Positions 47,301 through 59,818 of a stretch of DNA of 64,000 nucleotides are shown here, in pieces. The stretch spans positions 13,020,001 to 13,084,000 of the forward strand of contig CM060731.1 of the NCBI GenBank assembly GCA_030704615.1, given 5' to 3'. Both the position numbers and the translations under genes were made by a program. The DNA comes from Takakia lepidozioides (lineage: Eukaryota > Plantae > Bryophyta). Numbering within the stretch: the stretch's first letter is position 1; each line of letters starts with the position of its first letter. The notes under the pieces were generated by a model, which saw only the letters and a program-made list of their open reading frames with translations, did no database searches and was not told the origin of the DNA.

Positions 47301-50300
47301 TGGGGAGGTTCAGGATGGGCTCCCACAGTCCGCGGATAGAGACTGGTAGGTGGAAAAATCTGCAATGTGACGACTGACTATGCCCCGCCTGCACTGGGAG
47401 CTACAGGAAAGTGAAAGTGAAGAACATCTTTTCTTTCACTGCCCTGTATACTAAGAGATCCATGGGAGATTGAATCGTCTATGCGGCGATCCCAATCTCT
47501 TACAGAGGTCTTCCATTATGATGATCAGAAATGCCTGGCAGCATACCTGCATGAAGCGTTGACTCTAGACAATCCTTGAGCTTCAGTTGCTTTTGGGCTG
47601 TTTGTGGCCCCTCTCTCTTTCTTGTTTCTTTCTTCCTCTTGTCCCATAAGCTCTTTGAGCTTCCCGCGGACGTTATAAAGTCTCATTTCGTTTCATTTCT
47701 CAAGCCCAGAATGGGCCACAAAGCTCTCAGCTACAGAATGTGTATTTTGCATTGTGGGACAGGTGGATGTATGTGTGTTTGTATTCGACCTTATGTTGGC
47801 CAACGGCGAACCGTAAGTGGCTGTCACCTCCTCCTCGCTTCCTTCTGTATTCCTTGGAACAGCTCTGGTTTGGGGTCCCTGACCACCACAATATCATCCA
47901 TATTTTATAATAAAAATGCTTTTTGTTCAAGGAGCTGTTGTTGAAGTTGTAAGGATCATGTAAAAAAGGAAGACTTACCTTGCTTGTTGTGGTATTTCTG
48001 TACGTAGGCTTGTGAAATTGCCCTTTCGAGAAAGAAGAAATCGTAAGTAGGCCATCATTCTTTACCGCATGTTTCAAGCCAATCATTATTCAAATATTCT
48101 AGTCTAAATGCAATTTCATTTGTGTTTTGCGTTGGAGGTAAGGTAATTCATGATATTGATGGGATTCTGTTAGTTAAGCTCCTGAATATTCGACCTAACA
48201 TGCATTTGAGAGTGCCACTGTTTCCAGGCATGCGTGAGTTGTTTCCAAATGTGAGGCCTGGATACTTTGGATATGCAAGTGAAATTACGGTGAGTATCAT
48301 TGTGCTCTGTCCTGATGTCAATCTCTTTTGTAATCTCTGCTGTAATCTCTCATTCCAATCTTTCAGTGTTGCTTTCATTCATACATCTTCATTCACCACA
48401 GAGATTATTTTATGGTAAAGGTGGAAGCAGCCTACGCACAGCCAGACTCGTCACCAACATCGCAGAGACTAGAGGCATTTCTGGATGAGGCATTTGCCGC
48501 CTCTTGTGAAGGTCTTATGGCCAAAGCACTTGACAATGATGCCACTTATGCAGCCTCCAAGAGATCAGATTCTTGGCTCAAGGTATTCAGGCTTTTATTG
48601 ATCAATACCTCCAAAGGCACAGCTTTTCCTTTGATTATTAGGGAAGATCATTGAGATTAAGCTATTTCTATGATGCTCATTTCTATTCCTGGCTGATGCT
48701 TTGCTCTTCAGCCACTCCCATTCATCATGCCATCTGGGTGCCACAGGTGAAGAAAGACTATGTGGAAGGATTGCACGACACATTGGATCTGGTGCCAATT
48801 GGAGCATGGCATGGCAACGGGCGCAAAGCTGGCTGGCAAGTAGCTTGTCCCCCTCATAGTACAGCAAAACAGTTTTACATTGTGAAGTTGGTGATGTGGA
48901 AGATGACGTATGCACCACTATGTTGGCCACTAGAAACTGATTGGGTCCCTCCTGCATAATGAGTTACAGGTATAGCCCTTTCTTGCTCGCATGCTACGAC
49001 CCTGTTCGTGAGGAGTACCAGAGTGTGTGCCGTGTGATGTCCGGTTTCACTGACACTTTTTACCGAGAGGTAATTACACTTTCAATGCACATCTTTGATA
49101 AATGAGAAAGGATGTGGTAATGCTCATTCAAGGAGGATGTGACGGACAAAAAGCAAGCACGTCAAGACAAAAGCCTGGACACGTCGAACTAGGAAACAAC
49201 GAAGTTGAGATGAAGTTTGTTGGGATTGCATGATGAGTAGCAAATAGATCCTCTCTAGGAACCGACGACCAAAGATTGGCGGATTTTCACTGCTGCATGA
49301 GCACCAAATGCATGTTGAAGCAGCCAGGCCACAGCAGACAGCAACGGAATTCACAATGGTGCCTTGAAAGCACTCCTACTCTCCTTTCAGGAGCCTACAG
49401 AACTCCTCACCCTCTTGTCAGAGATTCCAGGAAGGGTCCATACCTGCAGGGTACCTGACACACAGACAGACACCTATGCTGGACCTATGTTGGACATCAA
49501 CATCATGGGGATGCCAAGGCCAGCCATAAATTGACCTTTGTTGGCAGCTACACATTAGTACTAAGGCAATCTCCTGCCAAGTGTTTCAACTTAGTAAGTG
49601 GCACTTGCCAACTGATTCAAGAGGGTCAGTATCACACAATCATGCCCTCGAGGTGCATCATGGCCAAGCTAGCTTCCAATACTCAATTAGTCCATCTGCC
49701 TTGCCTTGCATCGATAATTGATTTTGTCTGTAAAAAACAGACCTATAACAGTGATTGTGGATCTGAATGGCAGACAAAGGAGTTTTATTCAGGGCAGCGT
49801 ACACTACCAAGGAAGCCACCCTACTATCAAACAGGAGAGGAACCGGATGTGTGGTTCTCAGCAGAAGTTGTTTGGGAGATTCGTGGTGCTGGTAAGCTCA
49901 TTTTCCTCCACTGTCTGCGTCCCGGTCATGTCAAGAAGGTCAGCATGTTTTTCTCACTAGGATTGAATTTCATGATTTTTTTCCCCTTATTCTCCAATGG
50001 TCTAGTCAGATGGGTAAAGTAGATGACATTGACAATGGACTTTTGTCTTCTAGCTACTGAGTTTGAAATCAGTGGTTGCGATGCAGATCTCACCATATCT
50101 CCAGTGCATCAGGCAGGCGTAGGTCTTGTCCATCCATCCCGTGGGATATCCATGCGCTTCCCTCGTTTTATCTCTGTGCGCACTGACAAGAAACCTGAAA
50201 ATGCAAGCTCGCCTGTAGAGATTGCAGACCTTTTTCATCGCCAAACGCGCAAGCTGGATATTCCTGGCACGAATATGGTTGCAAAAGAGAGGGATAGATC

Positions 50301-50310
50301 TCCTGAGTGA
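35395..50310 (+). CDS. LIG6: DNA ligase 6 (SNM1-like metallo-beta-lactamase/beta-CASP domain + ATP-dependent DNA ligase)
   Basis: KRIPGTRFIVDGF, HFHSDHY, DANHCPGA, HTGDMR, DTTY and VPYSEHS nuclease motifs. Ligase motifs CEYK|YDGQRAQIH, IIDAE, FVFDL, CEGLMAK, WLK|VKKDY, DLVPIGAWHGNGRKAGW and SMRFPRF are spread over many exons. Confidence 0.95.
43045..43195 (+). mobile_element. 5'-truncated LINE/SINE 3' tail, same family as 46560-47699
   Basis: TTGTCCCATAAGCTC...CCGCGGACGTT(G/A)TAAAG followed by a (CATTT)n-like tail, shared with 47638-47699. Confidence 0.7.
43606..44750 (-). mobile_element. Ty3/gypsy LTR retrotransposon deletion derivative: full 5' LTR + gag + terminal ~95 bp of the 3' LTR
   Basis: TG...CA ends with 4-bp TSD ATAG (43602-43605 and 44751-44754). 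LTR at 44400-44750, whose end is repeated at 43606-43700. Retrotransposon gag (ALEQWLSKFEQCF...AHRW...TWADF...LKQGAFSVQTYVDKY) with an in-frame TGA. Confidence 0.85.
46560..47699 (+). mobile_element. Decayed RTE/RTEX-type LINE 3' half in a LIG6 intron
   Basis: LQVNLRKTKIMVF (RT C-terminus) and GSHSPRIETGRW C-terminal motif; frameshifts; pyrimidine-rich 3' UTR ending in CATTT-type repeats. Confidence 0.7.
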
Positions 50311-52463
50311 GGGGACAGAAGAGGCGGTGGAAGGACTCTTAGGAGTACAGTGACCAGACCTTTCCTATTGTGGTTACTCACAGGGCCTTTCAGAAAGACT
50401 GTAACAAACAACTAACCAAGCAAGAACAGTGCATCTTGCTTCAGTGTTGATCAGGCATTAAGTCGGTGCAAGCACTCCAGATTCCTTAACCTGACAATGA
50501 TTGTTTGGGACAACCTACTGCCCCAACAAGTGTCTTTGTTTTGAGCAGCTTCAGCGAAGAGGTTGCAAGGAGGGTTATTTATGATCCACTGGCTGTGAGA
50601 GCCTCCCTTTCCACCTAGGCCTGCGCGAAGGATGCACGCATCTTGATGGTTTGGTACTAGAGAGACTGTTATCCATCTTTCCGCTACTTACGCTTGCAGG
50701 AGTGCATGACCAATTAGCCTCTGGCAAATACATAGATAGCTGGCAGTCTGTTTGACTGCCACAACCTATCTGCACTATCTGCGATGATGAATTCCTTGAG
50801 AGAGACAAGAATGACACCCAAACTTTGTGATAGCACTGCCATTTCATCACAATGTTTGTCAGTTTAGTGCGCTGTATATTCCTTAGCTTGGGATGGCCTA
50901 TGGATTGAATATAATTGCAGTACATGTGCGAATTTTGACAAAGGATTTGCAACCGTGGAGGTCAGGGGCACTGTCCCTAAGGTATTACAACTATCATAAC
51001 AGCACCTTATGTCTGTGTCTAAGTTCTCTCAACATGAAAATTCTAATTAATATTATGTCCATATGCTCATTGTCATAGTTGGGATATTCATATGAGTGTG
51101 AACTTCAAGCAAGGATGGAATTGCTCCCAGTGATTGACCCAGACCAGCTCACTACACTAGCCTCACTATTGGCTTCTGTTGCATGTTGTTTTCACATATA
51201 ATTGCAGATCAACAGCACTTCAGCAATAGATATTCATGCTCGCTGGTTAATGTAGGGACTTGGGATTACTGGCTTCAGAAGCAGATGAGCATGATGATGT
51301 TACTGGTCAGTTTATGCTCACCTACATCTGGGCGATCGCAGGTGGAAGTGATGGCTATGAGCATGCTGACAGGAGCCTCCCTGCCGAGGTTGAGTGGAAG
51401 AAGCAGTAAGGAATTCAACTTCATCAGAAGGAGATAAGGCCCCAGAAGCGTCAGGAACTTAACACAGTCGAAGAGTTGGAGTCCTTCTATCCCGCTTTCT
51501 CTGTTGAGACACGTTTACATTGGAACCAGCCAAAGGAAAAGTGCAATCTTGCAAATGGGGCATTGGTGGCTGCAGGTAGCACGATACAGATTGGCACTCA
51601 TGTGGCAGAGGAATCCATGGCCGCAGGGCTACGAAGAATGGAAAACCTGTGGTGCTATCTTCGCAAAACTCTGCGCCACCGTTGGAAAAGTCCCTTCACA
51701 TTTCTCTTCCTTGAAAATATTGTTATGTCAAGTGCTATTTATATTCCTACACACTGCACCACAGGAAGATAGGTGCAAAATATTCTCTTGCAATGTAAGC
51801 AAGCTGGATGGGCACTTGGGTTTGGTCTATTCAGTGACTGCACTCTAGAGCAACTGAGTGTCTTTGTAAGAGTTGAATTAAATGAGACTTGATCAACTGG
51901 TGTCAGTTCTCTTGTTTTCCTCACAAAGGGCTTGATGATTTCTTTTCACTTCCAAATGTTGGGAATTGGTCTGACGTAGAAGGCAGTGGTCTCATACTCT
52001 TGACGCAAAACATAAGATGGTGCTGTATGATGTATTGCAAGGTATTCCATTAGAAGTCCAGTATTTGAAGATTAATAATCCGCACATGTATGATGGTTTA
52101 GCAAACTCAACTTTTAGGGGCACAAAGTCTGGTTTAGAGTGACTACAGATTATATCTCCAACTGGCAACTTCCTACATCTTCCTACATCAAGCATAGCAG
52201 GATTGGCAGTTGCCCCTTACACAAGAAAACAACTGGCACTTCATGACATGATCAGTTAGGAAGCCAACATCAATCCAATTCACTCAATTCACAAATACAT
52301 ACACACCAAAAACAAGACACCGCAGTCCACATCTAGTCCACACCTGGAATCTGTCTACAGTCACTCACTACGGGGGCAAGTAAAGTTCCACAATTCTTTC
52401 AGTTGGGATCAAAACTCCAAACAGAGTAAAACCCTGAACAACCCTGATTGAGAGAGCTTTGCA

Positions 52464-55400
52464 CTAAGAATCCAAGGGGTACAGAGCCGTTTGTATTCTG
52501 CGAAGGGTGACCTTGATACGGTCTTTGAGATTCTCATCTTTACACTCAATGCCTTTGTTGGCATGGTCAACTGTCGCTACCACTCCATCAACAGTCACTG
52601 TTAGGGTCTGGAGCTTCTCATCCAATTTCACATCTCCAAACAGTGAGACAAGTATGGAGTGGACTATTTTTATCTCATCCTTCTCTAGTCTGGCCTCTTT
52701 TGCCCGAAATCCATTCGTGACTAATCCATTCATTGACTGCGAGTCCAACTTCAAAACCATCGCCACAACAGAATCAGCCAGCATGTCACTAACAGGATCC
52801 GAGACCCACTGCAAAACCAAGGAGTCCGTACCCTCCTGAGTCACGGTCAGGTTATCATGAATTTTAATTGTGGGGGCCTCCACCTTCACAGCTGCTTCTA
52901 CACCTTCATACATTTGCTGAAGCCGGTGCCGCAAAACAGCAAAGGCACCCTTGTAAGGAACCGACTGTCGCTGGATGACACTTCCTGTTGAAAGTTGAGT
53001 GAAGCTATGGAGGTCGTCGGGGGCCATAAGCTGATATGTGAAGCCTTTTCTCACCAGCAACCCGCTGACAGGATCACCCTCCTTAGGGGGGTTCTCTGCC
53101 AACCGGCCAACAGCCTTTGCTGTCTTCTCTCCCTTAAAAAACATCTCCACTGCCTGGCAGTTCTTGGGTGATAAGACCTTCACATTCTGGTCAGCAAACA
53201 GTGTCAGCAGCTTAGCTTTGAGGCGCCCCATTTCGTTAGCCTCTCCATGGACCAAGATGATGTTCGGCGGTCGCAGTTCAGTCAGAAACGCACTGGTTTG
53301 GTAGAAATCAGCATGGGCTGAGAAAGAAATGTAGTGAACAACCATGTTAAGCGGCACAACTAGCCCACTCATCAGAGTTACCTCTTTCGGCTCATTCATT
53401 ATGGTCTTGGCCAAAGTTCCCTCTACCACATAACCCGGAATTACGCATGAATTTTTGCGGTCCTGGCACCACAAGTCAAACAGCTGACGCGACAGGCCAC
53501 TCTGCAAACCGGATGGACTGGCCATCACCACTGCAGGTCCCACGTCCTCAAAGTGCTCAATGCTTTTGAGTGGCTGGATATGCTTAAAATTAAATGGGTT
53601 GGAACGCTGTTGACAATCACAATGGAGACGTATTTAGTAGAATGTCAAGGAGAATAAATAGTGAGGTGCACAGGAACTCTTACGCAGCTACTGGCAAAGA
53701 ACACAGCCACAACAGTAAAACCATCGTTTTACCTCAAATTGACTTCGAATGCGGTCATTCATGGCATTTATGTACGTTTGGTACACTGCCATGCATTTTT
53801 TCGCCAGTGGAGACGCATAGTAGATAGGTATGTTGTGCAGCTCGGGGTGTGCCTCCCAATATTCATCTAGTATCAGAAGGAGCTCTTGAGCCCTTCCCAG
53901 GGCAAAAGCAGGGATAAGGACTTTGCCTCCCTGCCAACAACAATCTAGTTAGAATGGCTAAATGAACCACTGTGATAAAGATAAATTCATGATAATTGCT
54001 CTTTGGCCCCCCAAACCATGACTGCCTGGCCAACACTTGGCTCATGTGTCTTTCTTCTTACTGGCCAAATAGTACTCTAGAGTACCTGAGTAACCGTTTG
54101 AGCAACGGTGTCAGTAAACCGCCTCTCTCTCGCCGCCCGAGGCGAATGGATTTGGACACCGTAGGTCGATTCGATGATGCATACATCTGGAGAAAATTGA
54201 GGCATTTCGGCAGCCCTGAGATGCCGGTCTTCTTCACATGAGTAGTCCCCAGTGTAGAGCACACGCATGCCAGCTATGTCCACCATGAACATGGCAGCAC
54301 CCAGCACATGGCCAGCTGTGTAACACCAGAAACGGATGCCATTCACCTCCATTGTTTGATGAAAATCAATCACCTGTATTAAGCAATCAGCATTCCGCTA
54401 GATATTAGATGTGACACTTTTGGAAGGGCAGGCTTTGGCTTCGTGTTATTTAGGTGTTGCTAGTTCCACAGTCTTGATTAAATCCCTGAGATGAGCGTCT
54501 ATATGGACCTTACGCTGCACATCACACATAAAGAGGGATGTTACCTCAATCTTGTCCATTGTGCGGATGACATCCTGTTCATCGTAAAGCATGTCCTCCA
54601 CTGACACTTTGCTAATCTTTACAAAGTCTGAGAGCAGCAGCTTGTAGATAGCCTTTGTTGCATGTGTCATGAATACTCTCCCTTTGAAGTTGGTCTATCA
54701 ACCATCCCAACACCTCCTCTTATAAGCCCTCATGAAACTCTCTAGACCGACCAGAGCACTTCAAAATGAAGTTCACCCAATTGGGAACAGAGAGGTACTA
54801 CAAAAAACTACTTAGTAATAAACCATTAGGGTCAGTCCTGATGTCCAGCATTTTGTGCTTGATCCGGAGAATCCTTGTCATTTCTCAACGAACACATATC
54901 TTCACAGCTAGTTCAACTCTTCTCACACCATTTTTCCCTTCAAACTTAGACCATTCACAATCATAGACACTTAACTTTCCGTTTTTTAGCGATTTGCCAA
55001 AGGTATTAACTGCCAGGACCCACATGACTCAAATCTACAGCAGGGAATACATAATCTGTGGTCTCACCTTCTCCAGGAAGTACGGCAGAGAGGCACAGTG
55101 ATCCAAATGAAAACTGCACATCAAAACACGTTTTCCTTCAGCGTAAGAGAATTATGGAATGTAATCATAACAATATTTTTGCCGTAGCCTTGTGGCAAAA
55201 TTATGCAGAGAGTGAGAGAGAGAGAGAGAGACTCACTGGGTCACAAGGAGCACATCGATGGTTGACGGATCAATCTCATCAAAATAGGGCAAAGCTGCCA
55301 TGCCTGAGTACCCGGGGTGGATCCCACAGTCAAACTGCATTACAGCCGAACAGTTTGCGAAGTCCAAACGTAAGATTCTACTACACAGAGGAAATGGTAC

Positions 55401-55679
55401 TTTGACCTATCTTATCGACCCTCGCTCTCCATAGGCCCTATTCGAAAAGAAACCATCGCAGAAAAGGAAGCCAGCATGACCCACACCCTCTACAGAGTAC
55501 AAACTGCTATCCCACGACAGATATGAGCATGTTCAACATTGCAGTGAACTTACCAGAACAGTCTTTCCCTTGTAGGTCATGTAGACACACGATCGTCCCA
55601 CCTCATTGCCAGCCCCAAGCGGCATGATCTCCAGCTTGTCCCCGGGCCCCCTCACCATTGAATCTTTCCGCTTCAACAT
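52464..55679 (-). CDS. CPSF73-I: Cleavage and polyadenylation specificity factor 73-I (CPSF3 endonuclease)
   Basis: MLKRK...[13 protein letters not shown]; [24 protein letters not shown]; HFHLDH; [10 protein letters not shown]; YTGDYS; [21 protein letters not shown]; SFSAHAD; LVHGE; C-terminal CPSF73-100 domain. Confidence 0.96.
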
Positions 55680-56361
55680 CGCTCCAACATGAAACTCCTT
55701 GGTCCCTCGAAGATCTTACGCAGCCACCCAATCGCTTAAACGCCTCTGCAATCAATCCAACTCTAAAACTAGAACCGATGCTTGCAAAACAACCATCCCT
55801 GCTCTTGAATTTCTGCCATCTCCGACTTCTTGGACTCAACAACAGCGAAAGTGAAAACCTTCCGCTCTCTCCCTTGCGTTCGCCTCATCAGGGAACATGT
55901 TCTCACTTCTACTCCAGGATGGGATCCAGTTCCCAATTGTAAGTAGTAGCAATATACATATATATCGCAATAGATGTTAATTAACCCCCTTTCATTTTTG
56001 GGCCATGAGACCTACAGGACGATCAACGCCCAGACATACCGTCACGGACATTCCCACACACGGGGCAGGGCAGCGGGTTTGAGCCCTGAACCACCAGGGC
56101 GATACCACTGTGCGCTTTCCAGCTGAGCTACCAGCCAATGTGCAAACTAGGAAGAAAAAAACGATTAGAAACAGAAACGAAAAAGAAGCCGGGCCCGCGC
56201 GCACAGGGGGGCGAGATGACCGAGGCAGGCCAGACGAGAGAGACGATCCTCACGAAGGGACACAACAGGCCCAGCTCCTAAGTAGACTGATTGAGAATTT
56301 GAGAGAGAGAGAGAGAGAGAGGGGATTGTGCAGTGGCGACGAAGTCAGGGATCTTTCCGCA

Positions 56362-59171
56362 ATGGCAATGGCGGCATTCCAAGCATTACCCACTCGCGGT
56401 ACGTCTCGTGATCTCCCGCTGTAGAAGTGTTTGTCACTTTGAGCTTCGTGGATCGGTTCACTGTATGGTGCCAAACGTTTTGCAGTGTTCTCTGGGAACA
56501 GTAGGGATGTTCAGCATGAGAGTGGGAGGCTGATTAGACTGTGATTGTCTGATGGGGAACTGCTTCTTATTGGGTCACGCTACGGTCTCAGTGGCGACCA
56601 CTGAAGTAAAAATGACAACTTGAAGATCAAGCTCAGACATTTGGTCACTGTTTTCTAGTGTTGGATGGAATCATGCAGGGGACACAGTAGACCAGCTGCG
56701 AGTTCTAGCTTGTTTGTTGCTAGTGGAACCTGGTGTCATTGCTGGCAGTTGACGTTTTGGATGTGGATGTGTGGGCAGGCATTGTGGCACCGCAGGTCTG
56801 GGAAAGGAAAGGAAATTTGGGTTCAGCATGTGTGCCGACGTCCATGACTGGACCTGGTGTGGCTCCAGTTTCCCGATCATTGTCCAGCATTCCAGGCCCT
56901 GTCACAAGGCGCCAGCAGAATCCATCCCAGATCAGTTGCGTAGCTGCCTTGGAAGGTTAGGAATGTTGTAGCCTTAGAAGGCATGGTTGTTCTCAATTCT
57001 TTGATGACAGTGTCCCCCAGTCGTTATGTAGTCATTATCAAGGGGGAACGATACTTCTGATGAAGGTCGTACCTCAAAGTTTAAGGTTATCTGCGTTGGG
57101 TTCAGTTGCTTACTTGCCTATCTGTTGCACAGCCTAATGGCACTTTGGATCTTTCATGGTTCTGTGGTAGCCTTCTCTTGTCTTCCCACTTCACATTTGT
57201 AAATATGTGCTGGCCTGCATTTGTCTACAAATTGAACCTACATGGTCTATCGATACTAAATGTAAGTTGCGAGGATTGCCAATGCAAGGGGTATGTGAAG
57301 TGAAGGACAAGGCTAGCTTGAGAACGAAAACTTGACATGGTGGTGTTGTACTGTGTGTGCTACAAACACAGAAGTTACCTTGGACAAGGAAGCAGCAATA
57401 GAGGAAGCTGAGGAGGAGCTAAGCCCCTTGACCCCAAATATCTTTGAGGTGAAACACACAAAACTTAAACCATTCAATTCTCAAGACATTTAGACATTGG
57501 GCACCTTATGCTACTGGATTGCTTGTAGGTTGATTGAGCATCTTATGTTTCGAAGTTAGGATTTGGGTGAGCGCTAACACCTGGCTATGCTGTGGAATCA
57601 CAGATACATTCTTTGCTGATGGAAGTGTGTGATGAAACCAGCATTGCTGAGCTGCAACTTAAGGTACTGTTTTTTCCACCTCTTTCCAATGTTGTCTGCA
57701 TATGTGTGCCCCATATTTCGGAGAACCATTGGAATTGCACCCTTCCCTTTTTGCCCAGGATTGCTGTATCCTACAACCAACCCTAATGCTGGAGCATGGA
57801 ATCATGGGTTGTTGACAGGTGGGACCGTTTAAGCTGCGAGTAAAGAGAGAGGTGGGCAAAGCAGCAGTAGTGGCCCCAGCTGCACCACCACCCCCTGTGC
57901 CCACTAAGCCCATGCTAGAGTCGATTCCAGCTGCATCAGTTCCAGCTGCCCTGAAGCCCACTGTGCTTTCAGCTTCTATTGTGAAACCTGTATCCAATTT
58001 TGGGCTATTAGAAGCTGCCGCTGATGAAGGTCTGCTGTTCGTTACATCTCCAAAGGTGACTCCCACCTCCTCTATTTCTGTTGCTATAAAGGGGTTTCAG
58101 CAGTAAGTAATTATACTGCAATGTGGTTTGGAAATTGAAGTGCTATCGACTTCCCAGAATTTGTAACTACTTATATGTAGTAAAATGCCCAGCCCTACAA
58201 GTATCCTATGGTGGTTCTCTGCCAGCCAAAATGAATGTTTAGCACTATGAGCTGGTCATAGGTTTTTCTTCTGACTGTCAGATATATTAGTAAATATTTG
58301 GTGAAATGATTTTGGGTGATTATGGGCAGGTTGGTTACTTCAGGAAAGGACGCGCTGTGAAGGGCAAGACTAGTCCTCCTTTGTGTCAAGAGGTAAGCCT
58401 CCATGTCCACATCCACATGTGGCTGCATAATTTGTTGGGTCATTTCAGGGGTCACTGTGTACAATTGGAATTTATTGCCTAGTGTCATCAAACTCAGAAG
58501 GGTGGGGAGATGCATGCAAGCGGGATGCCTACCATATAAGATTGGAAGGCACGTGTAGAAAGCAGATCACTGAGAAAGTGGGGAGTGGATAACAGGGACA
58601 AGTGATCAAGGTGGGGCAAGTGGTTTTTTATGTGGAGCAGCTTGGCACCCAGCAACCTGTGGAGGTACAACATTCTTGTCAACAAACAGTCTGATGGAAG
58701 TTGCATGTGTGTTGCTTGTAGATTCTATGAGATGATTTTGTCGTAATTGGCCAATTGTGTGGTGGTGGTGAGAACCTTATGTCACCAATTGCTGTTAGCA
58801 AGAGATCTACTACACACTAGTAATCTCCAAGGACACCCAATGGCTCTAAAGGTCAAGTTCAATTGCAACATCTGTGCAGGCTGACATTACTGGGGAAGTG
58901 GTCAAGGTTTTGTGGGATGATGGAGGTATTTCACATGGGTTCCTTGCTATTTCTGTGGTTGTTTCTCATTCTGTGTTTGCGCTCTCTGAAATATGCAATT
59001 AGTGATATTGTAGATGCATGCAGAAGAATGCAATAGCAGCATGGCGTATCATGCTCATTCTTTCATCCCACTCTTTTAAAAACTGTGGGGATGTGGTGGT
59101 AATGTGCAGATTCTATTGGTTATGGAGACCCAATTATTGCAGTTCGACCATCCTTTCCAGGCATTAAATAG
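56362..59171 (+). CDS. BADC: Biotin/lipoyl attachment domain-containing protein (BADC, non-biotinylated BCCP-like subunit of plastid ACCase), ~9 exons
   Basis: Transit-peptide-like start; SLLMEVCDETSIAELQLK|VGPF; LLEAAADEGLLFVTSPK|VGYFRKGRAVKGK; YVEQLG where BCCP has EAMK; ends PSFPGIK* at 59171. Confidence 0.9.
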
Positions 59172-59818
59172 ATTTCAACATTCTGTTCGGCCCTCAATGG
59201 GGTTTCCTTAAGGTGCCATGTACATGGCACTCCCAAACTCCATCCTCTATTATGTGCTCAGGAAACTCCCCTAGTCAAAAAGGACATGGGTTATAGCCAA
59301 TGAAACCAAGCATTAGTAAGAGGTAGATTCTGTATATCAAGAGTATGCGCCAGTGAAGGGATGGCAGGTTTGAAAACACTCTGGTTTTGATGAGAGGTAT
59401 AAGTGCAATCGGTGATGGCATCAATTCATTCTTCCTTGTTTGACAAGGGGCGTTGACGCTCCAACCTCTTATTCCTCCTTCCCCTTCATCAATTGCACAC
59501 TGTCACCCATGATGTATGATACAGAAGTGGACCTTGCTACCCTGTGGCATGTCGCATGCAGGGTGGCTGCTACAACCCCCTTGGTAGGAAAATGTCAGTC
59601 TCAGAAATTTGTGGTCGAAAGAGTTCCTTCTTTATAATACACATAAGCTTTTCCATGGCAACTCCAGGATGGCCACTATATACAGCATCATCTCAACATG
59701 GCCACCACTGTAAAATGAATAAGTTAGACAGCTGGAGAAATGTAGGGTACTCAAATTGTGGCAGCTTAAGTGGCAAAAACCTCCAGGGTTCACGAAACTG
59801 AAGGTGCCAGACTTAGCT

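Noticed and set aside
51183-51848. Overlapping short ORFs between the LIG6 and CPSF73-I 3' ends
   Set aside because: No recognisable motif or consistent exon chain; likely UTR or intergenic sequence.
35395-55679. Two beta-CASP nucleases (LIG6 N-terminus and CPSF73-I) tail-to-tail, plus a U2 copy in the same window
   Set aside because: These are anciently diverged subfamilies in different pathways; without synteny data, adjacency is most simply chance.
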